NCBI GenBank assembly: GCA_964016885.1
Contig: CAXHJY010000596.1
Location: 1-64,000, forward strand
Source: Eledone cirrhosa
Taxonomy: Eukaryota
Length of the DNA: 64,000 bases
Direction of reading: 5' to 3'
Shown in pieces: positions 1 through 17,951 of the stretch. Positions within the stretch are counted from its first letter, which is position 1. The number at the start of each line of letters is the position of its first letter. The position numbers and the translations under genes were made by a program. The notes under the pieces are model-generated. The model ran no database searches. It was not told the DNA's origin and saw only the letters and a program-made list of their open reading frames with translations.

Positions 1-3693
<3,693 letters not shown>

Positions 3694-3694
3694 C

Positions 3695-3823
3695 TTATTA
3701 AAATAACAGATTAAAGTTTAATCAAAGAATCGCTGCTTTCACCATTAACGGGATCTTCAGAAGGTCCCGTTAATGGTGAAAGCAGCGATTCTTTGCTTAT
3801 ACTTTAAACTGTTATTTTAATAA
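3695..3823. repeat. Fold-back palindrome with a truncated hammerhead-like core at its turn
   Basis: Arms ttattaaaataacag..cgggatcttc / gaaggtcccg..ctgttattttaataa; minus strand reads CTGAAGA-tcccgttaatggt-GAAA. Confidence 0.8.
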
Positions 3824-4821
3824 ATATTTGCTCTACGGTTCTTATATATTTGATATATATTTTTCCTTATCGAGCCCTCTTTGGATTTTAGTCTTCAAAT
3901 TTATTATTATTACTATATATATATAAATATATTAAATTCAAAGCGATATATGTATATAATTAGACATAGTCACATACATATATGAGTTTAACTACCTTTC
4001 ACGGTGTGGCTGAATGAAAAATTAATTAACCAAATAAATATTAATCAGAGCTATATATAAAATTGTAAGCGTGAAGAACTATTAGATAAAATATATACAA
4101 TATTTCCCCTCCCTCGTCCGTATAAATCAACCACATAAATAATCATTTAAACGTGGCTATAAGTTTAAAATGTTACTATGAAGAAATAATAGACAAATGA
4201 TACAGACTATCTTACGCGAGAGATAGCCAGATAAAATTTACCTAGTCATTCCTTTTAGCCCGCAGGAATCGATTAGACAAATAATCAACTACATGGAGTT
4301 AGGTATAAAATAGAAGTTTGAAGAAAAAATGCATATAAACTTTACCGAAATTCCTCTAGTCCCGACTCCCGGTATTTTCGATCCTGGAATTATCCGCGAG
4401 GTTTCGAACTCATAAAGAGACGCCTCGAGTCTGGACTAAAATTTCTACCGTCATCCCCGCCAGAAATGAATTCAAAAATGGCGAAGTGCTATCACGTGGC
4501 CAGCGGTCAAGGCAAAAAGTTGTGATTGGTTGCCAGTCGACGAGTAGGCTGGTTGCTAGAAAGCGCAGCCAGATACTGCCTAAAGTGTTACTCAACCTTA
4601 TGGGAGTATATATTAAATTCAAAGGGATATATGTATATAATTAGACATAGTTACAGATACATATATGATTTATATGGACTAGGGAAAGGAACTACTGTAT
4701 AGATTTTATCTAATAATTCTTCAAACTTGCAATTTTATATATATATATATATATGTGTGTGTATGTGTATATAATATATATATATATATATTATATATAT
4801 ATATATTATATATATATATAT

Positions 4822-4912
<91 letters not shown>

Positions 4913-4935
4913 AATATATATATATTATATATATA

Positions 4936-4998
<63 letters not shown>

Positions 4999-4999
<1 letters not shown>

Positions 5000-5426
5000 G
5001 AATAAACAAGAGAGATGAACACTAATATAAACATACATGTGTTCGAATCGTAAGGACCAAGTTTGCTAGGGTGGAAAAATACTAACTACAGCAATATGGT
5101 TTGTCAGGCTTAATTTTAAATATTAATTTAAGAAAGATAACAGACCTATATCGGGCAATAGCCTGGTAACAACTAGACAGTTTTGGAGACTGTATCGCAA
5201 CATCTTATTAAGTGAAACAGATGTTGCGATACAGTCTCCAAAACTGTCTAGTTGTTACCAAGCGAGTGCCCAATATAGGTCTGTTATCTTTCTTAAATTA
5301 ATATTTAAAATTAAGCCTGACAAACCATATTGCTGTAGTTAGTATTTTTTCACCCTAGCAAACTTGGTCCTTACGATTCGAACACATGTATGTTTATATT
5401 AGTGTTCATCTCTCTTGTTTATTCAA
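4999..5426. repeat. Near-perfect fold-back palindrome with ~205 bp arms
   Basis: tgaataaacaagagagatg..gcaacatct mirrored by agatgttgc..catctctcttgtttattca around a ~13 bp spacer. Confidence 0.95.
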
Positions 5427-5533
5427 TTATATTACACGGCTCGGAAAAGCTTTTTTCTTAGAGCTATTTAATTGTAAGAGACTACCCTGAGTTTCTAACT
5501 CACTATATATATATATATATGTATGTATGTATG

Positions 5534-5594
<61 letters not shown>

Positions 5595-5595
<1 letters not shown>

Positions 5596-5869
5596 AGAGA
5601 GTGGGACTGGCTTTGTGCAGTGCCTTTGCTCACTATAAAAGCTTCACGGCACAGGCATTGCTTTATATCTGGAGATCTCTCTGCACTTGTCATCACATGG
5701 TACCATGGGCCCAGCACTAAGTGTCAATAATTGTCACAAGTGTAGTGTTTGTGCCAGAGTTTTCAAGTCGCTGGCTGGACTAAAAAGTCACACTCGTTCA
5801 GCGCATCGGTAGGGGTTCTCCTACATGGATATAAAGTAGTGGCCGTACTCGAAAACGAGTTGGCAGCCA

Positions 5870-5871
<2 letters not shown>
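5595..5871 (+). mobile_element. 5'-truncated copy of a non-autonomous RTE-like element with C2H2 zinc-finger remnant
   Basis: 5732-5812 translates CHKCSVCARVFKSLAGLKSHTRSAHR*; homologous to 54282-54572(-) and 63385-63660; ends in (AT)n. Confidence 0.65.
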
Positions 5872-5965
<94 letters not shown>

Positions 5966-5970
5966 GTATG

Positions 5971-6002
<32 letters not shown>

Positions 6003-6010
<8 letters not shown>

Positions 6011-6260
6011 ATATTTGGGGAGGGTCATATTTGCGTAATATTGCCAGAATTAATAACAGAACACACTCAGTGTTTGGTTGGTTTTCGCTTCTCGCTGTCT
6101 TTTATATATATATATATATATCTGCGATCTAGTAAGTTAGATCGCAGATATATATATATAAAAGACAGCGAGAAGCGAAAACCAACCAAACAGTGAGTGT
6201 GTTCTGTTATTAATTCTGGCAATATTACGCAAATATGACCCTCCCCAAATATAACAATAT
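6003..6260. repeat. Fold-back palindrome with ~125 bp arms; related sequence at 47390-47503 and 47890-48138
   Basis: atattgttatatttggggagggtcat.. / ..atgaccctccccaaatataacaatat. Confidence 0.92.
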
Positions 6261-6296
6261 GTTTCGACACACGATTTCATATAAAAAACCTCGCAA

Positions 6297-6372
<76 letters not shown>

Positions 6373-6561
6373 GTATATGAGAACAAAACGTTGTATCGCG
6401 CTGCTATTTTTAACGGCATAATCAACAAGTTTATAATAACCCGCTTTTACTTGTGGCCTATTTTTGCGTGTGCGTCACGTCAACGGCTTGACCGCATGTG
6501 TCGGGCAGTAAGCGAAATATTGACCTACTGTAAGGTTTTGTACCCTTATAGTATGGAAATA

Positions 6562-6641
6562 GCTGTCTGAAGATCTAATTCTTTCCATTGGAAATCCTCT
6601 GGATTTCCAATCTTTTGATTAGTGAAACCGTCGGTAACGGC
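6562..6641 (+). ncRNA. Type I hammerhead ribozyme motif with long stem II
   Basis: gctgt-CTGAAGA-[t ctaatt..attggaaatcc tct ggatttccaat..gattag t]-GAAA-ccgtcgg-TA-acggc; predicted cleavage after GUA at 6636. Confidence 0.85.
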
Positions 6642-6717
6642 AATAGAACAGGTGAATATTTAATTCATTTTTTAATTTATTTAAAAGATTGTTTGATAAT
6701 TGCTTGCTCCGCTCATT

Positions 6718-6776
<59 letters not shown>

Positions 6777-7087
6777 CACAAAGTTTTACCAATAGAGAGA
6801 GAGTCGGTTTCTAACATAGACACAAGACTCTCTCATTGGAATTTACACATCAACTAGGTAGATATGTCTGCATGTCTGCATGTGTAGATATGGATGTTAT
6901 GCAACTCCAAGAAAAATGTATGTATGTATGTATGTATGTATGTATGTATGTATGTATGTATGTATGTATGTATGTATATGTGTGTGTATATATGTATGTA
7001 TGTATGTTATCTCTTTCTCTTAATTTCGAGTATATTTTTTTGACCGGCCACCTTCCTGGTGGCAAGGTTGTAAAAGAAAAGAAATTG

Positions 7088-7500
7088 TCATCCCTTGAAT
7101 CGCAAGAATGTTTTGCAAATTTTGAAGGTGCACTCTATCGCAGCCATTTGTAGACTATGAATTAGGGAGCTGCGCTCTTTGTCCGCAAATCCAAGTTCAG
7201 TCATACTTTGGTCCAAGCGGGTTGGTATATAACCCGTAGCTCCAATAATGATGGGTATGAAGCTAAAGGTGTATCTTGGATACTGGATTTCTAAACTCCT
7301 CATCAATGGTCCGTAGATGTCCTCCTTTTCCTGTATTTTTCTGACAACGTTGGGCAGCTGATCTCTACAACAGAACACGTTTTCAATGTGTGGTCCCAAA
7401 CAACAATATCAGGCCGGTTGTGCTTTAATTTGGTGGCAGTTTTTATTTTCAGGTTCCACCAGTATTCTTTAATGCCATCTATCTCAATATATTCTTCCTC
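7088..7500 (-). pseudogene. R4/Dong-clade non-LTR retrotransposon restriction-like endonuclease C-terminus, frameshifted
   Basis: YWWNLKIKTATKLKHNRPDIVVWD..CSVVEISCP / EKEDIYGPL..FIPIIIGATG; RPD..D/E REL signature. Confidence 0.85.
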
Positions 7501-7529
7501 GTTTGTATGTATGTATATATGTGTGTGTG

Positions 7530-7563
<34 letters not shown>

Positions 7564-7822
7564 TGTATGTATGTATGTATGTATGTATGTATGTATGTAT
7601 GTATGTATGTATGTATGTATGTATATAGACAGAGGGGGCAAGAGACTGACATGATAGAGATAAATTTCTTCCATTACACATTTTTATTGAATGACATCTA
7701 GAGGATGCTTCAAATGTTTCTGATCTAAAGACATCTGGTGTATCTACTAGATCTGGTATCTTACAGACGCCGAGACACTCGTATAAAATACAAACAAGCT
7801 CATATATGTACATCTATATACG

Positions 7823-7973
<151 letters not shown>

Positions 7974-7986
7974 AATTCTATATATC

Positions 7987-8023
<37 letters not shown>

Positions 8024-8026
<3 letters not shown>

Positions 8027-8237
8027 CGAGTATGACCCCGACAGCTGAGCTCAAGCCGTTTCGACGGCTAATTCTTGACTAAATATAAAATTTTCATTTA
8101 GTCCAGAATTAGCCATCGAAACGGCTTGAGCTCAGCCGTCGGGGTCCTACTCGTTCCTATTACCCACTCTACTACCCTAAGTATTGAGTACTTTGGTGCG
8201 TTATGATCCACCTGGTTCCTTACCACATTTCCTTCGT

Positions 8238-8238
<1 letters not shown>
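8024..8238. mobile_element. Dispersed ~150-240 bp repeat family next to (TA)n, usually folded back; other copies 10755-10890, 22263-22468, 26255-26380, 45967-46208, 47515-47732
   Basis: Shared gagctcaagccgtttcgacggct core and, in most copies, a ccacatttccttcgtta end; inverted duplication of the core. Confidence 0.8.
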
Positions 8239-8268
<30 letters not shown>

Positions 8269-8629
8269 ATATATATATATATGTATGTATATACATATAC
8301 TATCTGTGACTGTATGTACATTTTAATGTCTATATATATATATATACACATATATATATACACATATATATATATTGAGAGAGAGAGAGAGACACAATAA
8401 AATGTACCAACGGGCTCAGGTAAACCGACACGTTATATATATTTTAAAAAAGAGATAACAACAGTAACAACAACAACAACAACAGTAACAACAGTAACAA
8501 CAACAACAGTAACAACAACAACAGTAACAACAACAGCAACAACAACAACAGTAAATAACATTAAAATGTCTGCCACAAGACATAATTCTTGACAGTTGCT
8601 TCTTTATACCATAATAACGTTAGATGTCG

Positions 8630-9700
8630 TTTCTCCACCCCCTCTAGTTCCACCCCGCCTCCCCTCCACCCCCTCTAGTTCCTCCTTCTCGCCACCTCCA
8701 CCCCCACTAGTTCCTCCCCCGCCTCCCCTCCACCCCCTCTAGTTCCTCCTTCTCGCCACCTCCACCCCCACTAGTTCCTCCCCCGCCTCCCCTCCACCCC
8801 CTCTAGTTCCTCCCCGCCTCCCCTCCACCCCCTCTAGTTCCTCCTTCTCGCCACCTCCACCCCCACTAGTTCCTCCCCCGCCTCTAGTTCCTCCTCGCCT
8901 CCCCTCCACCCCCTCTAGTTCCTCGCCGCCTCCCCTCCACCCCCTCTAGTTCCACCCCGCCTCCCCTCCACCCCCTCTAGTTCCTCCTTCTCGCCACCTC
9001 CACCCCCACTAGTTCCTCCCCCGCCTCCCCTCCACCCCCTCTAGTTCCTCCCCCGCCTCTAGTTCCTTCTCGCCACCTCCACCCCCTCTAGTTCCTCGCC
9101 GCCTCCCCTCCACCCCCTCTAGTTCCTCCCCCGCCTCTAGTTCTTCCTTCTCGCCACCTCCACCCCCACTAGTTCCTCCCCCGCCTCCCCTCCCCCGCCT
9201 CTAGTTCCTCCTCGCCTCCCCTCCACCCCCTCTAGTTCCTCCTTCTCGCCACCTCCACCCCCTCTAGTTCCTCGCCGCCTCCCCTCCACCCCCTCTAGTT
9301 CCTCCCCCGCCTCTAGTTCTTCCTTCTCGCCACCTCCACCCCCACTAGTTCCTCCCCCGCCTCCCCTCCCCCGCCTCTAGTTCCTCCTCGCCTCCAATCT
9401 AAAACCTCTAGTTCCTCCTTCTCGCCACCTCCACCCCCTCTAGTTCCTCGCCGCCTCCCCTCCACCCCATCTAGTTACTCCTACTCCTCTCCACCTCCCT
9501 CTCTAGTCCATTCTCCTACACCCCTCCCCACCACCCTCCCTAGTCCTCCCCACCCCCTATTCGCCCCCGCACCATCTAGTTCCCTTCCTCTCCCACCCCA
9601 CCACTACTCAGTCCCCCTACTACCTCTGGTCGCCCTCCCCCCTCTAGTTCTCCTTCCTCCCCCCAATTCCCCTTCCTCCTCCCCCACCACCTCTAGTTCT
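8630..9700. repeat. C-rich minisatellite with variable ~20-37 bp units (core ccccctctagttcctcc), degenerating distally
   Basis: Recurrent ctagttcc motif. Confidence 0.92.
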
Positions 9701-9774
9701 TTGTCTCTCCTCTATATTTCAATTATGCCCCTTCAATCAATCATTTTACTGTCCGCCCTTTCGTCACCGCCGCC

Positions 9775-10310
9775 ACTCCACCACCACCACCACCACTACT
9801 ACCACCACCACCACTACTCCCACCACCACCACTACTACCATCACCACCACCACCACTCCCACCACCACCATCACCACCAATACCACCACCACTCCCACCA
9901 CCACCATCACCACCACTACCACCACCATCACCCCCAATACCACCATAACCACCACCACCACCACTACCACCACCACTCCCACCACCACTACCACCAATAC
10001 CACCACCAATACCACCACCACCACCACCACCACCACCACTACCACCACTACCACCACCACCACCACCACCACCACCACCATCACCACCAATACCACCACC
10101 ACCACCACCACCACCACCACCACCACCACCATCACCACCAATACCACCACCACCACCACCACCACTACCACCACCACTACCACCACCACTACTCCCACCA
10201 CCACCACCACCACCACTCCCACCACCACCACTACCACCACCACCAATACCACCACCACCACCACCACTACCACCACCACCAATACCACCACTACCACCAC
10301 CACTACCCCC
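9775..10310. repeat. (CAC)n-type trinucleotide array
   Basis: Direct reading. Confidence 0.95.
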
Positions 10311-10417
10311 ACAACGACATATTTTCGGAGGTATTATTCATCACAATGAAATGAACTTCCTGAGGAATAACTTAAAGGGCAAATATTTAGCAAGATATTT
10401 GAAATTAGGGTTATATA

Positions 10418-10435
10418 TGTGTACACCTAGCAATG

Positions 10436-10468
<33 letters not shown>

Positions 10469-10474
10469 CTAGCA

Positions 10475-10512
<38 letters not shown>

Positions 10513-10518
10513 CTAGCA

Positions 10519-10582
<64 letters not shown>

Positions 10583-10588
10583 CTAGCA

Positions 10589-10620
<32 letters not shown>

Positions 10621-10634
10621 GTGTACACCTAGCA

Positions 10635-10702
<68 letters not shown>

Positions 10703-10730
10703 ACACCTAGCAATGCACCTAGTAATGTAT
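10418..10730. repeat. Compound minisatellite tgtacacctagcaatg + variable (TA)n
   Basis: About 7 copies of the fixed core. Confidence 0.9.
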
Positions 10731-10942
10731 ATATATATATATATATATATACATAACAACGGAAATGTGGTAAGGAACCAGATGGACCATAACGCACCAG
10801 AGTACTCAATACTTAGGGTAGTAGAGTGGGTAATAGGAAAATGTTTGACCTCGACGGCAGAGCTCAAGCCGTTTCGGGGGCTATTTCTGAAATAATTATA
10901 ATGACTAAATGATTTATGTAACATCACCATCTTTTATTAATG

Positions 10943-11431
<489 letters not shown>

Positions 11432-11819
11432 TGATGATGTTACATAACTCATTTATTCAATATAATTATTTCAACGGTTCTTCCATGCAATCAAGATGTA
11501 ATTCATGCATTTAGTGTTGTTATGAGAGCAGTATCCTTAGATGAAATTCGATTTTGTGGTATGCTGCCGGCAGCAAAAAAAAACACACGTCCTTCTGCTC
11601 GTGTGTCCAGCAGATATATGAGTTCCTGAAGGGGTCTCCCAGCCACGGTGGGGGTAGAGATGGAGGAGGGGGAAGAAGAGGAACTAGAGGTAGTGGAAGA
11701 GGTGGAGGTGCAGGTGGAGGTGGGGGAGGAAGAAGGGGAACTAGAGGAGGAGGTGAAGGAGGGGAGGAGGGGGTGGTTCTAGAGGTGAAGGTAGAGGTGG
11801 AAGGGTCTCCCAGCCGCAG

Positions 11820-12095
11820 ATATTCAGGACCTTTCGGAGAGTTCTTGCTGTTCCCAGCAAGCATGCCTTTTGAAGTGTTCCAAAAAAGGAGGCTGGACAA
11901 ATCTTCTTTAACCATCCTTGGAAACTCTTTGTGATAGTACCTAGTGCTCCTATGACAATCGGGATGACCTTGATCTTATGACAGTCACACATTTTTTAAA
12001 ACTCCAACTTCAAATCCTGGTATCGGTTAATTTTCTCCTCTTTTTCTTGCACTCTCGTGTCAAATGCGCAGGCTCCATCTACAATTTGGCACATA
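11820..12095 (-). pseudogene. Second R4/Dong-type REL endonuclease C-terminal fragment; 3' part repeated at 12405-12530
   Basis: CQIVDGACAFDTRVQEKEEKINRYQDLK / KVIPIVIGALG..LQKACLLGTARTLRKVL. Confidence 0.85.
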
Positions 12096-12599
12096 GGAAG
12101 CAGAATCGCACTCACTGACAACCCTACGGAGTGATGACATGACATTAGTCTCGTTTTACTGCAGGGAAAAAAAATTGCAAAGGTCAGTACCCGTGCCTTG
12201 GCTGGTCGCGTGTGTTCTTGCGGGCATCGAGGATAGAACAACCATTCTGCAGGTACAGAAGTTGAGGGAGAGAGAACTGGTCTGGTATTGGAATGGAGAT
12301 ACTCATCCAAACTGACCAGGACTGCATCAGTGCTATTCCCGACGTAATGGGCCTGGAAAGTTTGTTCAAATGAACATCAAGCCACTACCTGTAGCCTCAG
12401 ATATTTAGGACGTATCGGGGGTTCTTGCTGTTCCCAGCAAGCATGCCTTTGGAAGTGTTCAAAAAAAAAAGGGGCTGAACTAATGTTCTTTAACCATCAT
12501 TGAAAATTCTTTGAGATAGTACCTAGTGCAGATTTCTTTTGCTGGCTACAGTTGGCTTTTCATGTGGTTTTAAATAAGTGATGTACCCAGATTTAGAGA

Positions 12600-14302
12600 A
12601 CATCACCACCATCTTTACCGACATCATCACCATCATCATCATCATTACTGTCACCATCATCATCATCACCATCATCATCACCATCTTTACCGTCATCATC
12701 ATCATCACCATCATCATCATTACCATCACCACCACCACCATCATCATCACCACCACCATCTTCATTACCATCACGACCATATTACTATTAACATTGTTGT
12801 CACCCACCACCGTCACCCACCACCGCCACCACCATCATCACCATCATCCCTACTACCATTGTTGTCACCCACCACCGTCACCACCACCACCGTCACCACC
12901 ACCACCACCACCATCATCACCATCATCCCTACTACCATTGTTGTCACCCACCACCGTCACCACCACCACCACCACCACCACCATCATCATTACCATCACC
13001 ACCACCACCACCACCACCACCATTGTTGTCACCCACCACCGTCACCACCACCACCACCACCACCATCATCATTACCATCACCACCACCACCACCACCACC
13101 ACCACCACCACCATCATCATTACCATCACCACCACCACCACCAATGTTGTCACCATCACCACCACCACCACCACCACCACCACCATTGTTGTCACCCACC
13201 ACCGTCACCACCACCACCACCACCACCACCACCACCATCATCATTACCATCACCACCACCACCACCACCACCAATGTTGTCACCATCACCACCATCACCA
13301 CCGTCACCACCACCACCACCATCATCACCATCATCCCTACCACCATTGTTGTCACCCACCACCGTCACCACCACCACCGTCACCACCACCACCACCATTA
13401 CCATCACCACCACCACCACCACCACCACCACCACCATTGTTGTCACCCACCACCGTCACCACCACCACCACCACCACCACCATCATCATTACCATCACCA
13501 CCACCACCACCACCATTGTTGTCACCCACCACCGTCACCACCACCACCACCACCACCACCATCATCATTACCATCACCACCACCACCACCACCACCAATG
13601 TTGTCACCATCACCACCATCACCACCGTCACCACCACCACCACCATCATCACCATCATCCCTACCACCATTGTTGTCACCCACCACCGTCACCACCACCA
13701 CCGTCACCACCACCACCACCATTACCATCACCACCACCACCACCACCACCACCACCACCATTGTTGTCAGCCACCACCGTCACCACCACCACCACCACCA
13801 CCATCATCATTACCATCACCACCACCACCACCACCACCACCACCACCATCATCATTACCATCACCACCACCACCACCAATGTTGTCACCATCACCACCAC
13901 CACCACCACCACCACCACCATTGTTGTCACCCACCACCGTCACCACCACCACCACCACCACCACCACCACCATCATCATTACCATCACCACCACCACCAC
14001 CACCACCAATGTTGTCACCATCACCACCATCACCACCGTCACCACCACCACCACCATCATCACCATCATCCCTACCACCATTGTTGTCACCCACCACCGT
14101 CACCACCACCACCACCACCACCACCATTGTTGTCACCCACCACCGTCACCACCACCACCACCACCACCATCATCATTACCATCACCACCACCACCACCAC
14201 CACCATCATCATTACCATCACCACCACACCACCACCACCACCACCAATGTTGTCACCATCACCACCATCACCACCATCACCACCGTCACCACCACCATCA
14301 CC
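12600..14302. repeat. (CAC/CAT)n array with higher-order units marked by attgttgtcacccacc
   Basis: Recurring blocks. Confidence 0.93.
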
Positions 14303-14396
14303 AGCGGCTGTTCAGTGGCTACCTCCATAAATGGCGGTGTAGGTTCTCTAACACCAGCTACACACACATATATACATACACATACACACACACGTC

Positions 14397-14445
<49 letters not shown>

Positions 14446-14494
14446 CCTTAGGTACATCACACCAGCTTCTATTTCCTTGAAATGTATTTATATA

Positions 14495-15026
14495 TATGTG
14501 TGTGTGTGCGTATGTGTGTGTGTCTGTGTCTGTGTCTGTGGGTGTATGTATGTGTATGTGTGTATGTTTGTGTGTGTGTGTGTGTTTGTGTCTGTATATG
14601 TGCGTCTGTTTGTGTGTGTCTGTGCGTCTGTCTGTGTGAGTGTGTTTCTGTATGTGTGTGTGTTTGTCTGTGTGTCTGTCTGTGTGTGTATGTATGTGTG
14701 TGAGTGTGTGTTTGTGTCTGTGTCTGTGCGTCTGTCCGTGTGTGTGTGTGTGTGTGTGTTTGTGTGCCTGTCTGTGTGTGTGTATGTGTGTGTGTCTGTG
14801 CGTCTGTCTGCGTCTGTGTGTGTGTGTGTGTATGTGTGTGTTTGTGTCTGTGTTTGTGCGTCTGCGTCTGTGTGTGTATGTGTGTGTCTGTGTGTGTTTG
14901 TGTGTCTGTGTGTGTGTCTGTCTGCGTCTCTGTGTGTATGTGTGTGTATGTGTGTGTCTGTCTGTGTCTGTGTCTGTGTGTGCATGTGTGTGTATGTGTC
15001 TGTCTTTCTGTATGTGTGTATGTGTG
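14495..15026. repeat. Degenerate (TG)n/(TGTC)n array
   Basis: Direct reading. Confidence 0.93.
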
Positions 15027-15134
15027 TCACTACACCCTCAGCTACATCCCATCAGCTCCTGTTTCCTGCAACTACCCCACCCAACACATCTCCACCTATA
15101 TATACACGTGTGAGTGTGTGTGTATGTATATGCA

Positions 15135-15315
15135 ATAATTGTTTCTATTTTAGGCACAAGGCCAGCAATTACCCAGTGCATTACTGGTACTTTATTCTAT
15201 CGACCCCGTAAGGATGAAAGGCAAAGTCAACCTCGGCAGGATTTGAACTCAGATCATAAAGGGACGTAACTCTATGCTTCAAAGCATGGTGTCCGACTCT
15301 CTACCGATACTGCCA
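15135..15315 (-). mobile_element. tRNA-derived SINE family 1 (~190 bp)
   Basis: A box tggcagtatcgg, B box gagttcaaatc, conserved ctttgcctttcatccttacggggtcgataaaa body. Confidence 0.9.
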
Positions 15316-15339
15316 TGCAATAATGATAATTATAATATA

Positions 15340-15819
15340 CTAGCACCCTTCCAGTGATTTTCTGCTATCATGTGTAGTGTGTATATTGATATTATACGCA
15401 TGTATATATACATGTAGATATCATACGTCAAATAAAATCGTAATTGGCAATATATAATACATAGAAATTGAAGAGAGACTGTGTTACACTGTCTTATGTA
15501 ATCAGTGACGTAATCCATGATACATTAAAAAAAGACGATATTATATATAAACTGCATTAGGAGAAAATTATTGACAGAAAATTAGTATGTTTATTTAAGC
15601 GATCGCCACCGGAAGTGTTGACATTTGAAAATTTTAAAGAAGTGAATCTTTAAATAAATAATAAAATATATTTAATGAACAGCCACGAAATTTAGTGGAT
15701 AAATTATGTAATATTCATTCATTATTTATTCAAAGTAATCCAACTTATTTTACTAATGGGATAAAATAAAATGATAAACCGTACGCAGTCCCACGCTTCT
15801 TACTTTATTATAGTTTAGA
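15340..15819 (-). mobile_element. Non-autonomous Helitron, ~480 bp
   Basis: Minus strand starts A|TCTAAACTATAATAAAG and ends CTAG|T; homologous to 35795-36249. Confidence 0.8.
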
Positions 15820-16150
15820 TATGGTAATCCAACTGGAGTGTTTGTGAGGAGGACGGCCGATTGAACAGGAATCTGAAGACGAGAAATAGGTAGTAACTTA
15901 ACCCCGACCATGCTGGTCAATATATCGATCTCCACCGATCGACACTCTGAAACGATCAAATTTAAAATTGCGGCAGGCAAAACCCAACTATTCAATATCA
16001 AAACAACGAATATATATATATTGGAAAATGTGAGATCCTTGGTACAGTTAGGTATATTTGAAAAAAAGGAAAAGAATGACTTCACTTGTAGTGTTAAAAA
16101 ATGTTGATTTAATTTTATATTATAATATTAAAATATGATGAGTTGGTAGA

Positions 16151-16244
<94 letters not shown>

Positions 16245-16245
<1 letters not shown>

Positions 16246-16820
16246 TAGCTGTTTAACCCGGTTTTACCCGGGAGATTTGGTTCACTGATAAGAATTCAAC
16301 TTGTTTTCTCCACCAAGAAACCAACAAAAATCACAAAAAGGGAACACGAAAAACAAAAGATATTAAGAATAACAACCGAAATCCTAATAAATTTACTGTC
16401 AAATAAAGTTGAAAAGAGAAATATGATTTTGAAGTGAAAAACGAACCACCGGAATGCCACCCATTTAAACTGCTTATTGTAGTTAAATAAACTAATGAAA
16501 TGCAAAGTATGCTTTATTAATTTGAATGTGTTGTTTATGCAGTAGAAGTCTGCTTAGGACGCGCAAAACATCAAATCTCGTAATCGAGCGTTCACGATAC
16601 TGACGTGACGTCAGTTCAATTTGAATGGGAAATTCCTGTTTCATCGATTTTCTCCTTAACCATGGAAGCTTGTAGCTTGAAAGTCGACCCAACGCCTCCT
16701 CGGGTCATTCTGCATAACTGTGTAAATAATATATATGATGATGTATATATATTATCAAATAATTCTCTGGACATGCTTTACTCTATAGTATTTTGCTCTG
16801 ATTATTTAATTTATTAATTC
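16245..16820 (-). mobile_element. Probable Helitron 3' end; 5' limit uncertain
   Basis: CTAG|T terminus with subterminal cccgg..ccggg hairpin at 16257-16272. Confidence 0.5.
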
Positions 16821-16896
16821 TCCATTGAACCACATCGTGAAAAGTTGCCAAAACACATATATACCTGTAACTTTGTTTAATTGGTGTATGTTTAAA

Positions 16897-16943
<47 letters not shown>

Positions 16944-17267
16944 TATTAAAAAAACGAAAATTAGTGATGCATCTGGACTCAGTTTATTGCGTGTTACAAT
17001 TGTTTCGCCGGCAGGTAGCTCGAGACATGATCACTGTATGGATCTGGCTGATTCTACGGCTGCAGGTTCCTTTCGGACCAAATTTTCTCACTGGGGTGTT
17101 ATCGCCAAAAAACACCTTCAAAAAACATCTTCCACTCTTGTCATGCCATTGGCTCTTGTTTTTCTGCGTCATCATAAATTCTGGTCACTATTTACTGCTA
17201 CACTCTGCTAATTTTGGCATACCGCCTATGGTAGCACCATAGCTACCATTATACAAATTATACAAAC

Positions 17268-17334
<67 letters not shown>

Positions 17335-17362
17335 TTTAATGTATAATAAACAATACAATATA

Positions 17363-17438
17363 ATTACCTCATTACCAAAGGTTTCCCGAATATGACGAAT
17401 ACAAGAAACGTTCGCATTCGTTCGTCAGACAAGGCAAT
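17363..17438 (-). ncRNA. Type I hammerhead motif, family B
   Basis: Inverted copy of 17876-17951. Confidence 0.8.
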
Positions 17439-17875
17439 TTAAAACATAGTGAAATATTTGAAAAATCTGCTCAGGCAAGCATATCAGTGTATGTGTGACC
17501 ACAAATGAGTATATAATATATGTTGAAAAAGGAATTGTAATAATAGCTGAGTCTGTATGTACGCTAACTATATTATCTTACAATTCCTTTTTCAACATAT
17601 ATTATATATGTATTTGTGGTCACACATACACTAATATGTTTGCCCTCATGTATGTACTTACGCACACATTTTTTCACTATACACATGCATTTGTACATAC
17701 ACACATATGTACATTTGTAGGTGCATATACACACATTTATACACATCCCTTTACTATATTTCGTTATTTTATTTTTATATCTCTTGTATTATTAGTAATA
17801 TTTATTTTTTTTTTTTTGCCTGTTAAACTTTTGCCTTTCTTGAGGAGATTTTTCAAATATTTCACTATGTTTTAA

Positions 17876-17951
17876 ATTGCCTTGTCTGACGAACGAATGC
17901 GGACGTTTCTTGTATTCGTGTTATTCGGGAAACCTCTGGTAATGAGGTAAT
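17876..17951 (+). ncRNA. Type I hammerhead motif, family B
   Basis: attgccttgt-CTGACGA-[a cgaat..attcg g]-GAAA-cctctgg-TA-atgaggtaat; 10-bp stem I including G-U pairs. Confidence 0.85.

Noticed and set aside
7690-7775. Hammerhead-like CTGTAAGA..GAAACATTTG on the minus strand
   Set aside because: Core has an insertion and there is no NUH site
12578-15211. 877-aa ORF and other His/Pro/Thr/Val/YI-rich ORFs, including extensin-like 26439-27509
   Set aside because: Translations of simple repeats, open in several frames and on both strands; no domain or splice evidence
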